Shown here: positions 51,801 to 63,119 of the stretch, piece after piece
How positions within the stretch are numbered: position 1 is the stretch's first letter
How the letters are laid out: each line of letters opens with the position of its first letter
Notes under the pieces: model-generated
Told to the model about the DNA's origin: nothing
Database searches by the model: none
What the model saw: the letters and a program-made list of their open reading frames with translations, nothing else
Position numbers and translations under genes: made by a program
Assembly (NCBI GenBank): GCA_009103225.1
Contig: RHPI01000575.1
Location: forward strand, 295,527-359,526
DNA length: 64,000 bases
Reading direction: 5' to 3'
From: Chlorokybus atmophyticus
Taxonomy: Eukaryota > Plantae > Mesostigma and Chlorokybus algae

Positions 51801-54520
51801 CACGCATCAGCGCCTTACCTAGGATGTCGTTCACAAGCGTCAATAGCTGGTCACTTGAGCTGCATAAACCAACCAATCAGGCAGGCTGCAGTGCTTTACG
51901 GCGGCCTGCATCAAGCAGATGGTGCTGCTGCTGACCTGCGGATAATTGTAGCATACATACGTTGCTCCTCTGCGAGAGGCTGCGTTTCGAGCAAACAATA
52001 AGCGTAACCCAGGATTGCATTAAGCGGCGTCCTGCAAAATTCAAGGCCTTCAATGCGACAGACAACTCACAAATTACAACACGAGCACATTCTAAACTGA
52101 CAGCTCGTAACAGCTGGCAAATGCAACCTGCACCAACACGCTCCACCTACCGAAGCTCGTGCGACATCTGCAGGCGCAAATGGGAAACGTGTGAGCTGAA
52201 ACAACCCATGACTGGTTGACATGTTCATAATGCAGCGGGTTGATCATTGCAAACGTTGCACTTACATTGGCCAAGAATTGTGCCTTAGCACCAGCAGCTC
52301 GCGTGGCTGCTTCCAGCGCTACTCGAAGTGCTTCTTCTGCTTGTTTGCGATCTGTGACATCCGTCACGGTACCTGCAGGCCACGACATGCCAGGGTACTG
52401 TTATTGAGTTTGGCATGCAACACACGATGGTCATGTTTAAGAGTGCCTGATTTCAACTGCGTACCTGACATGCGTATTGGTTTGCCATCCTGATCGCGAA
52501 TCGCTGAGCCTCGACCGCGAAACCACTTGTACACGCCACTCTTGTGTTTCAGTCGGAACTCACAATCTAGCCAGCCAACACAGTTATAACAGCCAGCCGT
52601 GCCCACGCGGACACTGAGAAGAGCCTGAACTCAGCTTACCATACTCAGCTCCTTGCTCAAGGTGATCGCGTAGTGCCTCCTCAACACGCGGCGCATCCTC
52701 GGGATGAATTCCATATGAGTTATTCAGGTCAATGGGGACACCGTCCAAATCAAAAATCTGCAGCCATCAGCATCATCATATACACATACATACAGTTGCA
52801 ACTGTTGAGCGTACTGCGATTACCGAGCAAACGCTACATGATCACTGCTAATAACCGCATGAACCTGATCTGTGGTTTCCCAAGTCTCGCCCACAGCGAA
52901 GCCCAACAACTCAAGGTATCGCTTAGATCGATAATCCTGCAAAGTTGCGAGTTTTCAGGCATCAGGCATGCAGCAAGTGACTGCCGGAAAGTATAACAGT
53001 CACGCAGACAGTCCTACCTTGCCATTCACCATGTCTATGTCCCACCTGGGCATCGCACACACAAAGTTATGGCGGATGCGCAGGTTGCAATGAGAAAAAC
53101 ATACCACCACAAAGCCTTAGGTATGAAACAGTACTCACATGCCATCTGTGCTGCCACTGACTGCGAGCGACATCCTTTCCTCGCTCACTTGCAATGCCTC
53201 TTGTGTCTGCACATAACATGGCAGTGGTCAAGCTGTCAGACAAAGCCGTTGCTGGAGCCATTTCCAGTGATTTCCCTGCAATGCGTCTGATTTGATAACA
53301 GTCACATCACTGCTGCTAGGGAAAGCCAGAGATTGTTCAATTGAGAGTGTCTGCAACAGTGTAACTCAACAACTAAACTTGCTTTTCACGAGTTGACTAT
53401 GCCACGCAATTGCACGCACCTTCTGCATTTCAGTGTAGTCCACGTCGACTCCGTGCCATATCTGCGCACCTGATGCATCCTTTGGCTGCGCTATCGTGCG
53501 GCATCTGACCCACACAACCTGAGTACGACAATCATCCCAAAGCTCAGTCTATGGTTGTTAACTACGCAAACTGCAAAACATGACAAAGAAGCTCACCTCT
53601 CCATTGGGCCGCAAGTCACGATGCTTAAAGTCCAGAGGCTTGAGAGTTTTCCCGCACTCCTCGAGCTGACGGTAAAACTCCGCCTGCACAGTCATGAGGG
53701 TAGCACATCGTTAATAATCAACGAAGGTGAATTATCAAGAATAAGTACCAAGAAGCCTAAATTTGGCCTTCTCTCCCAACAGCAGTTAACAGCTGAACAA
53801 CATTGTGGGCTTGGTGGTTTTAACATCGCATGTGATCAGGAGGTTTACTTTATCATCGGGATGGAAATGGTCGCCCCGCTCCAGACTTTCTGGCGTGTGG
53901 CCAGTGTGTTCGAGTGCGCCCGCCGAAACAAACAGCAGGTTTACTTTCCCCGTCGCATCAACCCTGGCTTTGTACATCCCACCGGGCATCGCTTCCGCAA
54001 ACCGCAACAGGTCCAACTCTGCCTCCCGCAGCTTGCATTCCAGATCCCTGATTACATCCGCCTAGCAGATGATAAAAAGCATGAGGTTGAACCTTCAACA
54101 CCAACTTCAGAATTATTTCTATGGCTGCCTATCAACTCACCTGGCGATAGATGGTTCTTGTTTCAACAGCCCGTGTGGCAATCCACGACATCACAGACGC
54201 CGCATTGGCGCTAACGACATGAGCCGCTTGAAGGATCCACATGAGACACTGGGAGTACTGACTGATGGGAGCCTTTCTGTGATTTTTGGCCGCTAACGCA
54301 TTGCGCACCGCAGCTTGAGCCATTTGTAACAGCGTAACTCCAGCCACTGCAGGTTGTAACATCGCTTATTGCAAGTTAGTGTGCGTACACACTTGCTGTA
54401 AGCAACAAACAAGACTGAACGTACCTGCAATGAGAATATGCACTGTAATGCCTGCACGCACAAGCTCCGAAACCGTGCAGCTGCATGCTGGACACTCCAC
54501 AGCTGCAGCTTCCATCTGTG
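48840..54520 (-). CDS. Hybrid sensor histidine kinase: PAS - PAS/PAC - HisKA - HATPase - degenerate REC - REC; 5' end uncertain
   Basis: 'FAEAMPGGMY...HFHPDD', 'HPEDAPRVEEALRDHL', 'EFRLKHKSGVYKWFRGRG', 'KAQFLAN|MSHELR', 'DFSKIEAGKL', 'NLVSNAVK|FT', 'VRDTGIG', 'GLGLAIC', 'RILVAE|DNVINQQVL', 'ILMD', 'AVTAAA', 'KPVE'. Confidence 0.92.
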
Positions 54521-56653
54521 TGAGCATGTTTCCGTTCCGGTTAGCAAATACAGGTGTATGCTAACCATCGACGTTAGCAAACTGCACGTACAAAACAGTG
54601 GCTACAGTCGTCACTGCAATCCACCAGCATACGAGCAAAACCACAAGCAAGAATTGGCAAAGTTTAACACGCACGCAAGGCCAAGCTGGCTCACTAGCGC
54701 TCACCTGTGCAACTCAGAATGGACGAATGGGGACAATTGCAATGCCTGTCGACCCTGGCTGCCAGGGCGCAGCAATAGAGATGAATGTTCTCTAACTGCT
54801 TTATTTGCTTTCACACAGCTATGGCTCTACTTTCAACTGAGCGCTACTAAGCATGCCAATGAGCTCATTAAGCTGCCATAGCAAGCAGCTGGCTCACTGC
54901 CAATATCACACAAATCCGCCCACGCAATGCGGCCAACATATTTTTACGCCACCTGAAGCCCTAAAAGCTTAAGCCGTAAGCCGTAAAAGCTTAAGCCTTC
55001 GGTCCATTTTGTGCATGCTGCCGATGTACATGCTTCACTGCAAAGCTTGCGTGGTTAGGAGAGGGAGTGAAGCTCGCCCTCCAGCAACAGCTATGACACA
55101 ATGGGACGAGGCTCTGCTGCTGCTCTCTCCTACAGTATCCTGCCTGCCTCTCCCTCCCCGTACACCAACACCGCCGGAGGCGGCGGCGGGCAGCTTACAG
55201 CTGTAAGCAGACTCAGCTAAACCCTAGCCCCGCTCCACACCTCCGCCTCCGCCGCCTCCTCCTCCTCCTTAGCCGCCGCGGCCCTGCTTAACAGACAGTA
55301 CCTCGCGACTACTGCGCTCCCCGGCACGCACACCAGCGCCCCGTGCCTATAACGGGACGGTTACTGACGCTGCTAAGCCGTGCCGTCACAATCACCGGCT
55401 ATAAACATATCCGGGCACTGAACGTTCATTCGTGCCGAGTTGCGCCCGTTTCAGGACACGTTCTTGACTACCTGGTACATGTGTACTGCAATGTGGGCCT
55501 CTATTGCCCACTCAGTGCCAGTGGCAGCTTAATGCAAGTCTGACACTGACAGTCATCGATTGCGACGGCAGGGAAACCGTTTAGATGCACACGGCAGAGC
55601 GGATACGGTGCGCGTGACAGTGACATTGTGACACGGAGTTGACGTTGTAACGTTAAGGGTGCGTGACCCGCGGATTGAAAATTAGGCATGCTCGTACTGA
55701 GTGCAAGCCAATATGGCCGTGTACTATTGGTTGAGAATGACTATTCACGGACGGCTGCCTCAATGACGGCTCTGTGACCGTCTTTCTGACGGCCCGTGTC
55801 AAAGGCTGACAGAGCCTCATAGGCGCCTTCAATCAATCAATGCAGCAGAGGACCAGGTAGTACCGCTGGCGGAGGTACTACCTTGCTTGGTCACCCGCAG
55901 GAAAATCGCTGACAAGGATACCATCGCAGGTATCGCGGTACTACACTGACAGGGTCTGTGTCCCGTAGCCTACCGTAAATAGTGTGAGAGACAGATCCTG
56001 TCGTGATGCAGAGTCACAGTGGCATGCAATGCACGCTTGAACTTGTCCATTCTTTGGCCTTTAGCCTTTGCACCACACCCGTTAACATACCACAAAAGTT
56101 TAGGGTTTGGTACGCGCGCGGTACAGGCGGTGCCGCAGACGCGTACTGTACTTTAGTGAACTGAACTGAACTGAACAGCGTACTGCTCATGCCTTGGTAA
56201 ATTTCTTTCCGGCTTGGCAGGCCTTCTGGCGATTGTTATTGTTGGCGGCGGCGGCAGCGGCGGCGTGGAGGAGCAGGAGGTGGGAAGAAGGTGGGGAGCA
56301 GAGGAGGGTCAAATAAGCAGGGATTTATTTGCATAGCTTAACGCCCAGAAGAAGGTGGCGGGGGGTGAAAAGGGGTCGGTGGGTTGTGAAGAGGAGGAGG
56401 AGGAGGGAGGTAGGGCGCCGTTAGAGCAGGGGGTGCGGAGGAGGGCGGGAAGATATGCCAATTCACCTGCTTGGACAGGTGGGGAGGAAGACATGACAAT
56501 CAACTGGCACGGTTCAACTAATGTATGCTCGCACCGTCCGCTCTTACTAGATGCATCTGCTGTGCAGATTGTACGCATGTTTGCACAGTATGTTGTTTGG
56601 AGAAGTTTATGTACATTGAGCTTGATGTGTAGCATACATTTGCAGGGCCGAAA

Positions 56654-59600
56654 ATGCAGTCTTCATCAGCTCATGACTCACTCAACATTACAAGCGCACA
56701 ACGAGTCGTTGTGGAGCGTTTGGGGTTACAAACAACGGAGGAGGCACGCGCACAACTACACGCATTGCAGCAAGGCACACCAGAATGGTTGACAGCTCGG
56801 GTTCGTCGCTTGACTGCGTCCAACTTCGCCGCTGCCATCAATAATTATCCCGCTATGAATGCACAAACACTAGCAACCTACATGCTTGCAAAGATCAAAG
56901 GTGAGTCCGCATTCGCTTCTCTTCTCCTGACCATCTCGCGCAATGGTTACATATTCACATATGCAACTCTCCTCATATGTGTGCAGACCCTAGCGATGAA
57001 CCGCCGCGCACCCCGGCAATGGTCTTTGGGATCAACAATGAAGAAATAGCGGCGCAAGCATACTATGCACATGTGCAAGCGCAAGTAGAAGCAAGTGTGG
57101 GTTTGGAGATGCGTAAGACGGGGTTGCACGTGCACTCGAGGCACCATTGGTTGGCTGCTAGTCCTGACCGCGTTGTCTCGCACAACGATGAATTGTGGTT
57201 GTTGGAGGTGAAGTGCACCTTGGACCCTCAACCATGGAGTGCATTGCCGAATCATGTGGTGGATCAAGTGGTCGGCCAAATGGCCATCACGGGGTACAAG
57301 CGTTGCGACATCATTTGCTGGAGCAAATCCGGCAAGTACAGCGTGTTCAGCCTGCTCTATGATGAATGGCATAGGCGACATTGGGGCTGCACGCTGCTTC
57401 CCAAGCTTCGGCATTTTTACTTTACTTTCTTTGCTCCGCACGCGGCGGTGTTGTTGGAGCCGCCGCGACAACATCAAGACGCATGTCCTACTGCGCCACA
57501 ACGCAAGTGGAGTGCGCAAATAGATACGCCTCGCATCGTCGAGGAGCTTAGGAGCATGAGAACTTCTGGTATGTATCACATACAGTAGATGCATCTGAGA
57601 GGTGCATCTGTCCCTGTGCATCTACACGGATGCATCTACTCGTTACAGGCACATGCGTCCGCACAGTAGATGCATCTCGTTGAATGTTTTGCATAGATGC
57701 TTCAACTAGTTGTAAGGTAGTAAATCGTGTGACTGTGGTAACTTTGTATGCTCACTTCACCGCTTCACAGTGCCTACCTCACATACCAAGCCTCTTCCCC
57801 CGCAAGACATCCCCCCCTCCCCCCCTTGTCACCAGCAGGTGTATCTGTGAGAAATGTGGTTGCATGGATGCATCTACTGCGTGATTGACATGCTTTCATG
57901 TCACATGCATGTAAGACAACGGGGCAAGTGACTGAGTATTTACTTGGCAGCTCATAGTCCCTTTTGCAGGAGATTACAACCTACCTGCCCTCGCTGTAGG
58001 GCAATGCGTGCGCTTGAAAACAAAGTTTCAACAACGTGGGACAATCCATGCCGTGCAACCAAACGGTAAAGTGGTAGTCGCTTGGGAGTACACGGGTGGT
58101 TTGCCGAGCACGAAAGCCATTGCAGCCACATCCATACATGCGTCAATTGCAAGTGAGTCGTTGATGGAATGCCTTGTCTTGGTAATGGTGCAAGCTTAAT
58201 GATCATTACGCCTCGCCTCGTAGGTGAACACAACACTCCCAAACACGAGGGTGACAAAGTGCAAGTGATTGGAGGCTGTCACGTGGGCATAATTGCTGAG
58301 GTGGTGAGATTGGGACCACTACAAAGCCATGTGTGTTTGGAAGGCGCATCCATTGTGCAGATACGCAACAAAATGTTGCAACACATATCACAAGGTTCGT
58401 GTATGTTTTATCATTACGCACATGCCCATCGAGTGACCATAGCATGTTGCTTAAAGACACATTGCACACCGCTTGTTGTCACTCAAAGTGCTGCATCCGA
58501 AGGTCACAATACGTCTTGCAGAATTAGATGATGACAGTGAACCGCATGTGCAACATGACACTTTGGAGGAGCATGTTGTAAAGGTGACCGAGTTCGAGCA
58601 ATGGTTGCACGAGTACCAAGTGAAGAATGGAGTTGATGTGGTTGTTGTACAACGGCGGCAAGCACGTGGCGATGCCCCCTACATCAAGGCGCGCACGTTG
58701 TATGCTTGTCGAAGGTATGTATTTGGTTGCTAGTAAACAGCAGATGCATCTATTGTGTGCCTGCATGTCGGGGCATTCGTTAGGATGCATCTAGCTGGAT
58801 GCATCTACTGGTTGTTGGGATACCCACAATCTCTCACCGCTTGTTTAGAGGGGATGCACGGCAATCAAGGCAGCTGTCACATCACAAGCCCATTGATTCT
58901 GCCAAAGTTGGGTGTCGGTTCAGCATGACAATGACGGAATACGTGGACCAAGAGGAGACATGCTACGTGCGTATAGCAACCCGGCACACCAACCACGAGC
59001 CAGGTATATGATAATGTGTTGCCTGCTTGTCTTACATGCAAACACGCCGATACGTTAAGAGATGTATCAGCTTGACTTCGTGGTAGGCTCTGCTGAGGAT
59101 CAAAAGTACCTGCTACCGCATCCAGGACTCCGTGAGGAGACGCGCATGTTGTTGGAGTTGGGACTTAAGCCACAAACGGTGTTGAACAGTGAGTTGATCA
59201 CAGTAGTTGTGCATGGTGCCATTGTGTAACAACCTCGAGCGCGAGTTACTAGAGGTTCAATGTGATGGTGGGCTGATCTATGCCAATGTGTACAGTGCTC
59301 GATCGTAGAAGCACTCAATTTGATGGAGTGACATCCACGATGCGGGAGGACTATTCCAATCGACGCTGTAGACTTAGCAAAGAAGACATCAACAACATCT
59401 ACAAAGAAATGAGGAGGGCTAAAGCAATTGCCCCCTCAGATGCTGTTGCTGTTGCCAAGCTAGTAAACTCTCTACCAGATGGCATTGTTTTGCATTACAC
59501 GGCACCCGGTGTTGATGAGACACACGAACAGCACACACCTTTCGTCATCATTATGCAAACAGAGTTTCAAAAACGCATGCTGGGGCAATTTGGCTCTAAC

Positions 59601-62275
59601 ACGGTGCTCTTAGACGCTACAGGCGGCACAAACTGTTGGGGCTATCAGTTTTGGGCAATGGTGGTCAAAGACGACTTTGGAAACGGTACGTGTGCGCATG
59701 GAGCTGTACAGATGCATCTAGCTGTTGGCATACTACGTGCTATGTGTTGCTTGCTTGGAATAGTCTGCATGTATACAACTCGAAGGCACGAACGCATTCA
59801 ACAAAATGACATCAAGCGCATTCACCTTATGTAGTGCCCGCACATGTAATTGGACGAGTGCATGTGACTCTCACATACCTTAAGCTTCAATCCACGGTTA
59901 GGTGCATTCACTGGTGTTGTGGATGAAGCGCGCATAAAAGACCAATCCACCTTTTGTAGGGGTTCCGGTAGCTTTCATGGTGAGCGAGCACGAAGATTCT
60001 GAAACAGTGAAGCTGTTTCTCAATACAGTATACGCGCGCATCCCAAACTTCAAGCCTCGTTGTGTCATGATGGACAAGTCCCTAGCGGAGATGAAAGCGG
60101 TCGAGGAGATCGGCTCGACAGTGTTGCTGTGCTACTTTCACTTGCTACAAGACTGGGAACGCTTTTTGCGCAAGGGGACAACCCATGTCGTAGGCAAAAA
60201 GATGCGCTCGGATGTGCTGGCAAGCGTGAAGCTGCTTAAGCGGTCCGGCAGTGTGGACCTGTTTGCACACAGAGTAGAAGCGTTCATGCAGGAGTATGCT
60301 GATTACGCGGAGGTGATCAAGTATCTCAAGCAAGAATGGCTTCCTGATCGAGACAAGTCAATAAAGTCATAAATTACAGTTATAAGCATTCTAGTTTCAC
60401 TATGGAACACGCATGTTTGTACGCACTTACAAGCTGTTGCTAGATGCATCTACTGCTGAAACGCGTTAGCGCACTAGAATGGCCTCAATCTTATAGTACC
60501 GTGGTTTGCATGCAGACAAATGGGCTGATTGTGGACGTCAATTTGAGCACGAAGGCATTGAAACCAACAACCTATTGGAAAGGTTCTTTCATAGTTTGAA
60601 GTACACTTTCCTTGGGGGCAAAGTCAACCGCTGCATTAGCGATTTGATTGTTAAGTTGCTTGAAGACGTTGTTCCTCACTTTATCCGCGAGCGCAAGCTC
60701 AAGGTGTCTGGACGTGGCGGCAAGAACGAGGCACTGCGCGCTCATGAGCGTAGAGCTCATGAAGTCGACTACCTTGTCAAGAGTGATAAAGTGCAGATTA
60801 CTGATGCCACCATAGGCATGTGCATGGTTGCCTCCGTACCAGACGGCACGAGTGTCGTCTCAGAGCGCTGCTACACTGGATGTATTGCGGAGCTGACTTG
60901 TGAATGCCCTAGCACAGACACGGCATATGCCAAATTTTGCAAGCATATGGAGGCGGCATTATTAGTGCATCCGTTTACCTCTGAGATGCGGACGGCCGCG
61001 GCGGATTATCTGTTGCGTAACAACGGCATACGTTTGCAGCCAAACGGTCTCATAGCCGAGGTGGCTAGCATGCTAGACGCCAACTTGATGTTCACTTGCG
61101 ATCTCGCGAACACCTTCTGTACCTGCGCCGATCACGATTTCAATGGCGTATGCTGTCACTTGCTTGCTGCAGCTCGGGCGAGCCAATCAGCTGACGTATA
61201 CGCGGGTAAGTCCATTACAACAGATGCATCTGATGTATTTGGTTGTCATTCATGTATGTGTAACACGACTGTTGTGTCACACATACGTACGCACAGAACT
61301 GAAGCTTAGGAATGAAGAGGAGCCAACACTCAACCTTCGGCGATCGCCACATGCACCAAGCCGTCAAGACCCGCGTCTTGACCCGCTTACTGACGATGTC
61401 GACCCTTCCATCGATTGCGCACGCAGCGTGTTGGATGACTTGCATGACGGCCACTCAAGTACGGTGCATAAGTTGCTGACATGTAGCTTATTGATCATGC
61501 ATATGCCATTGCATACAAGTGCGGTTGCAATTATGGCTTGCTTGCATTACGTGTATAAATACTCACACACGGCATGTTGGTTTTAGGCGCGGAGCATGAC
61601 GAGGACTTGCGCTGCAGCATCCTGACATCGGTATCCACCATCAAGCAGCGTGTCAAGCATATGTCACGTTCCACAGCTGCTGAGGTGGATGAGTCTCTTA
61701 AGGCTCTCATTCAGCAGTTAGACGCTTCCTTGCCACGGCTTTTTACAACTATCCGGCGACAACATAAGCAATGGAGACGGCAGCAATCGGACAGAGTTCA
61801 ACGGTCGTTGTATAACCGCACTACACCTAACTCTGCACAAGAAGCTCGAGGTGCAGAGGCACCAACAAATGTGGGTGGCTTTCACAAGACTCAGGGACCT
61901 GGAAGACCCAGAGCTCAAAGTCGCAACGACTTTGGTGCTTACCAGCGCGATGGAGCTGGTAAAAAGGCGTATCCCCTCAGACGCAAAAGAAACAAGAACG
62001 AAAACCCTCAGCACGCTGCAGTGCCTCCGGATGTTACAACAAGCAAGGGTGGTGCCAAGCGTAAGGTCAAAAACGTCTCGGCTAGGGCAGAGGCAAACGC
62101 CTCCACCCGTTGTGCATCACAGCCCGTGCCCACAGTTACGACACCGCAACGCCCCATTTTCTCCACTCAGGTGTACAGCCCAATGCCAGGCTTCTCTCCG
62201 GCAGCAAAGACGACTTCGCAAGGGGTGCGGGGCAACATGCGGCCTACCAACTTGAACTTCGATGCAGCAACATGA
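56654..62275 (+). CDS. Predicted spliced fusion: YqaJ/lambda-exonuclease + KOW-like repeats + WRKY/FAR1-like zinc DNA-binding domain + MULE DDE transposase + 2 SWIM fingers; start uncertain
   Basis: YqaJ 'QGTPEWLTARVRRLTAS', 'LAASPDR', 'LEVKC', 'QVVGQM'. MULE 'VLLDATGGTN', 'VMMDKS', 'LCYFH', 'ETNNLLERFF'. SWIM 'CECP...FCKHM' and 'CTCA...VCCHL'. GT-AG junctions keep frame at all but one checked intron. Confidence 0.8.
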
Positions 62276-62570
62276 ATATCATAAAGTGGTGGTAGAGGAG
62301 GTGTGCTGACTGCTCATACATCCGCACATGAACTCAACTTTCTCTTGCAACTTCGACCACAACCAACTGTAGGTGCTTCTAACCTCTATAACCTCATGAG
62401 CATGCGGTTTATATATGGCGACAAACTCAAGTCATCCGAGAGGTGAATGACGAGAAGTGGCAAATGTTCTTGTTTACACTTGCACAAACAGTTCATTCAT
62501 GAATGCTATTGTTGGTTACAACATGCACGATGCTTGATGATGTCTACTTAGATGCAAAAGCCACGGTTTA

Positions 62571-63020
62571 GGTAGATGCATCTGCAGGACAACCAGCGAG
62601 ATCTACTTAGATGCATCCCGTTCTGGGTCTAGTTAGATGCATCTTGTCATACCCTGCCAATTTGCTGAAGAAACCTCCTCTAAGGCAGGCTTTGAGCAAG
62701 ACCCTGCCTGGTAAAAAGTTAGGGTCTAGGTAGATGCATCTGCTGAACAATCAGCGAGATGTACTTAGATGCATCCCGTTTTGGGTCTAGCTAGATGCAT
62801 CAAGTCATACCCTGCCAATTTGCGGACGAAACCGCCTCTAAGGCAGGCTTTGAGCAAGACCAAGCCTAATAGAAAGTCAGGGTCTTGTTAGATGCATCTA
62901 CTGACTTAGTGACGTCTTTTTCGATGCATCTCGTTATACCCAAGCCAAATTGCTGATGAAACCGCCTCCCAAGCACGCTTTGAGCCAGACCCTGCCTAAT
63001 TAGAAACCCGGGTTTGGGTA
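62571..63020. repeat. 158-bp tandem repeat (two full units plus one diverged), each carrying 2-3 GATGCATC palindromes
   Basis: Units start at 62571, 62729 and about 62887. Confidence 0.9.
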
Positions 63021-63119
63021 AATGCAACCATAAAGATGCATCTTGTTGGATGCATCTACAGCAAAGCTGAGTGCTACGTGTGGGAACAGATGCATCTACT
63101 GCAAAGCAACATGTCAAGG

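Noticed and set aside
55855-55883. Perfect 10-bp hairpin (aggtagtacc/ggtactacct) as a Helitron 3' end or MULE terminus
   Set aside because: No clear CTRR terminus or partner end in the window; cannot be assigned.
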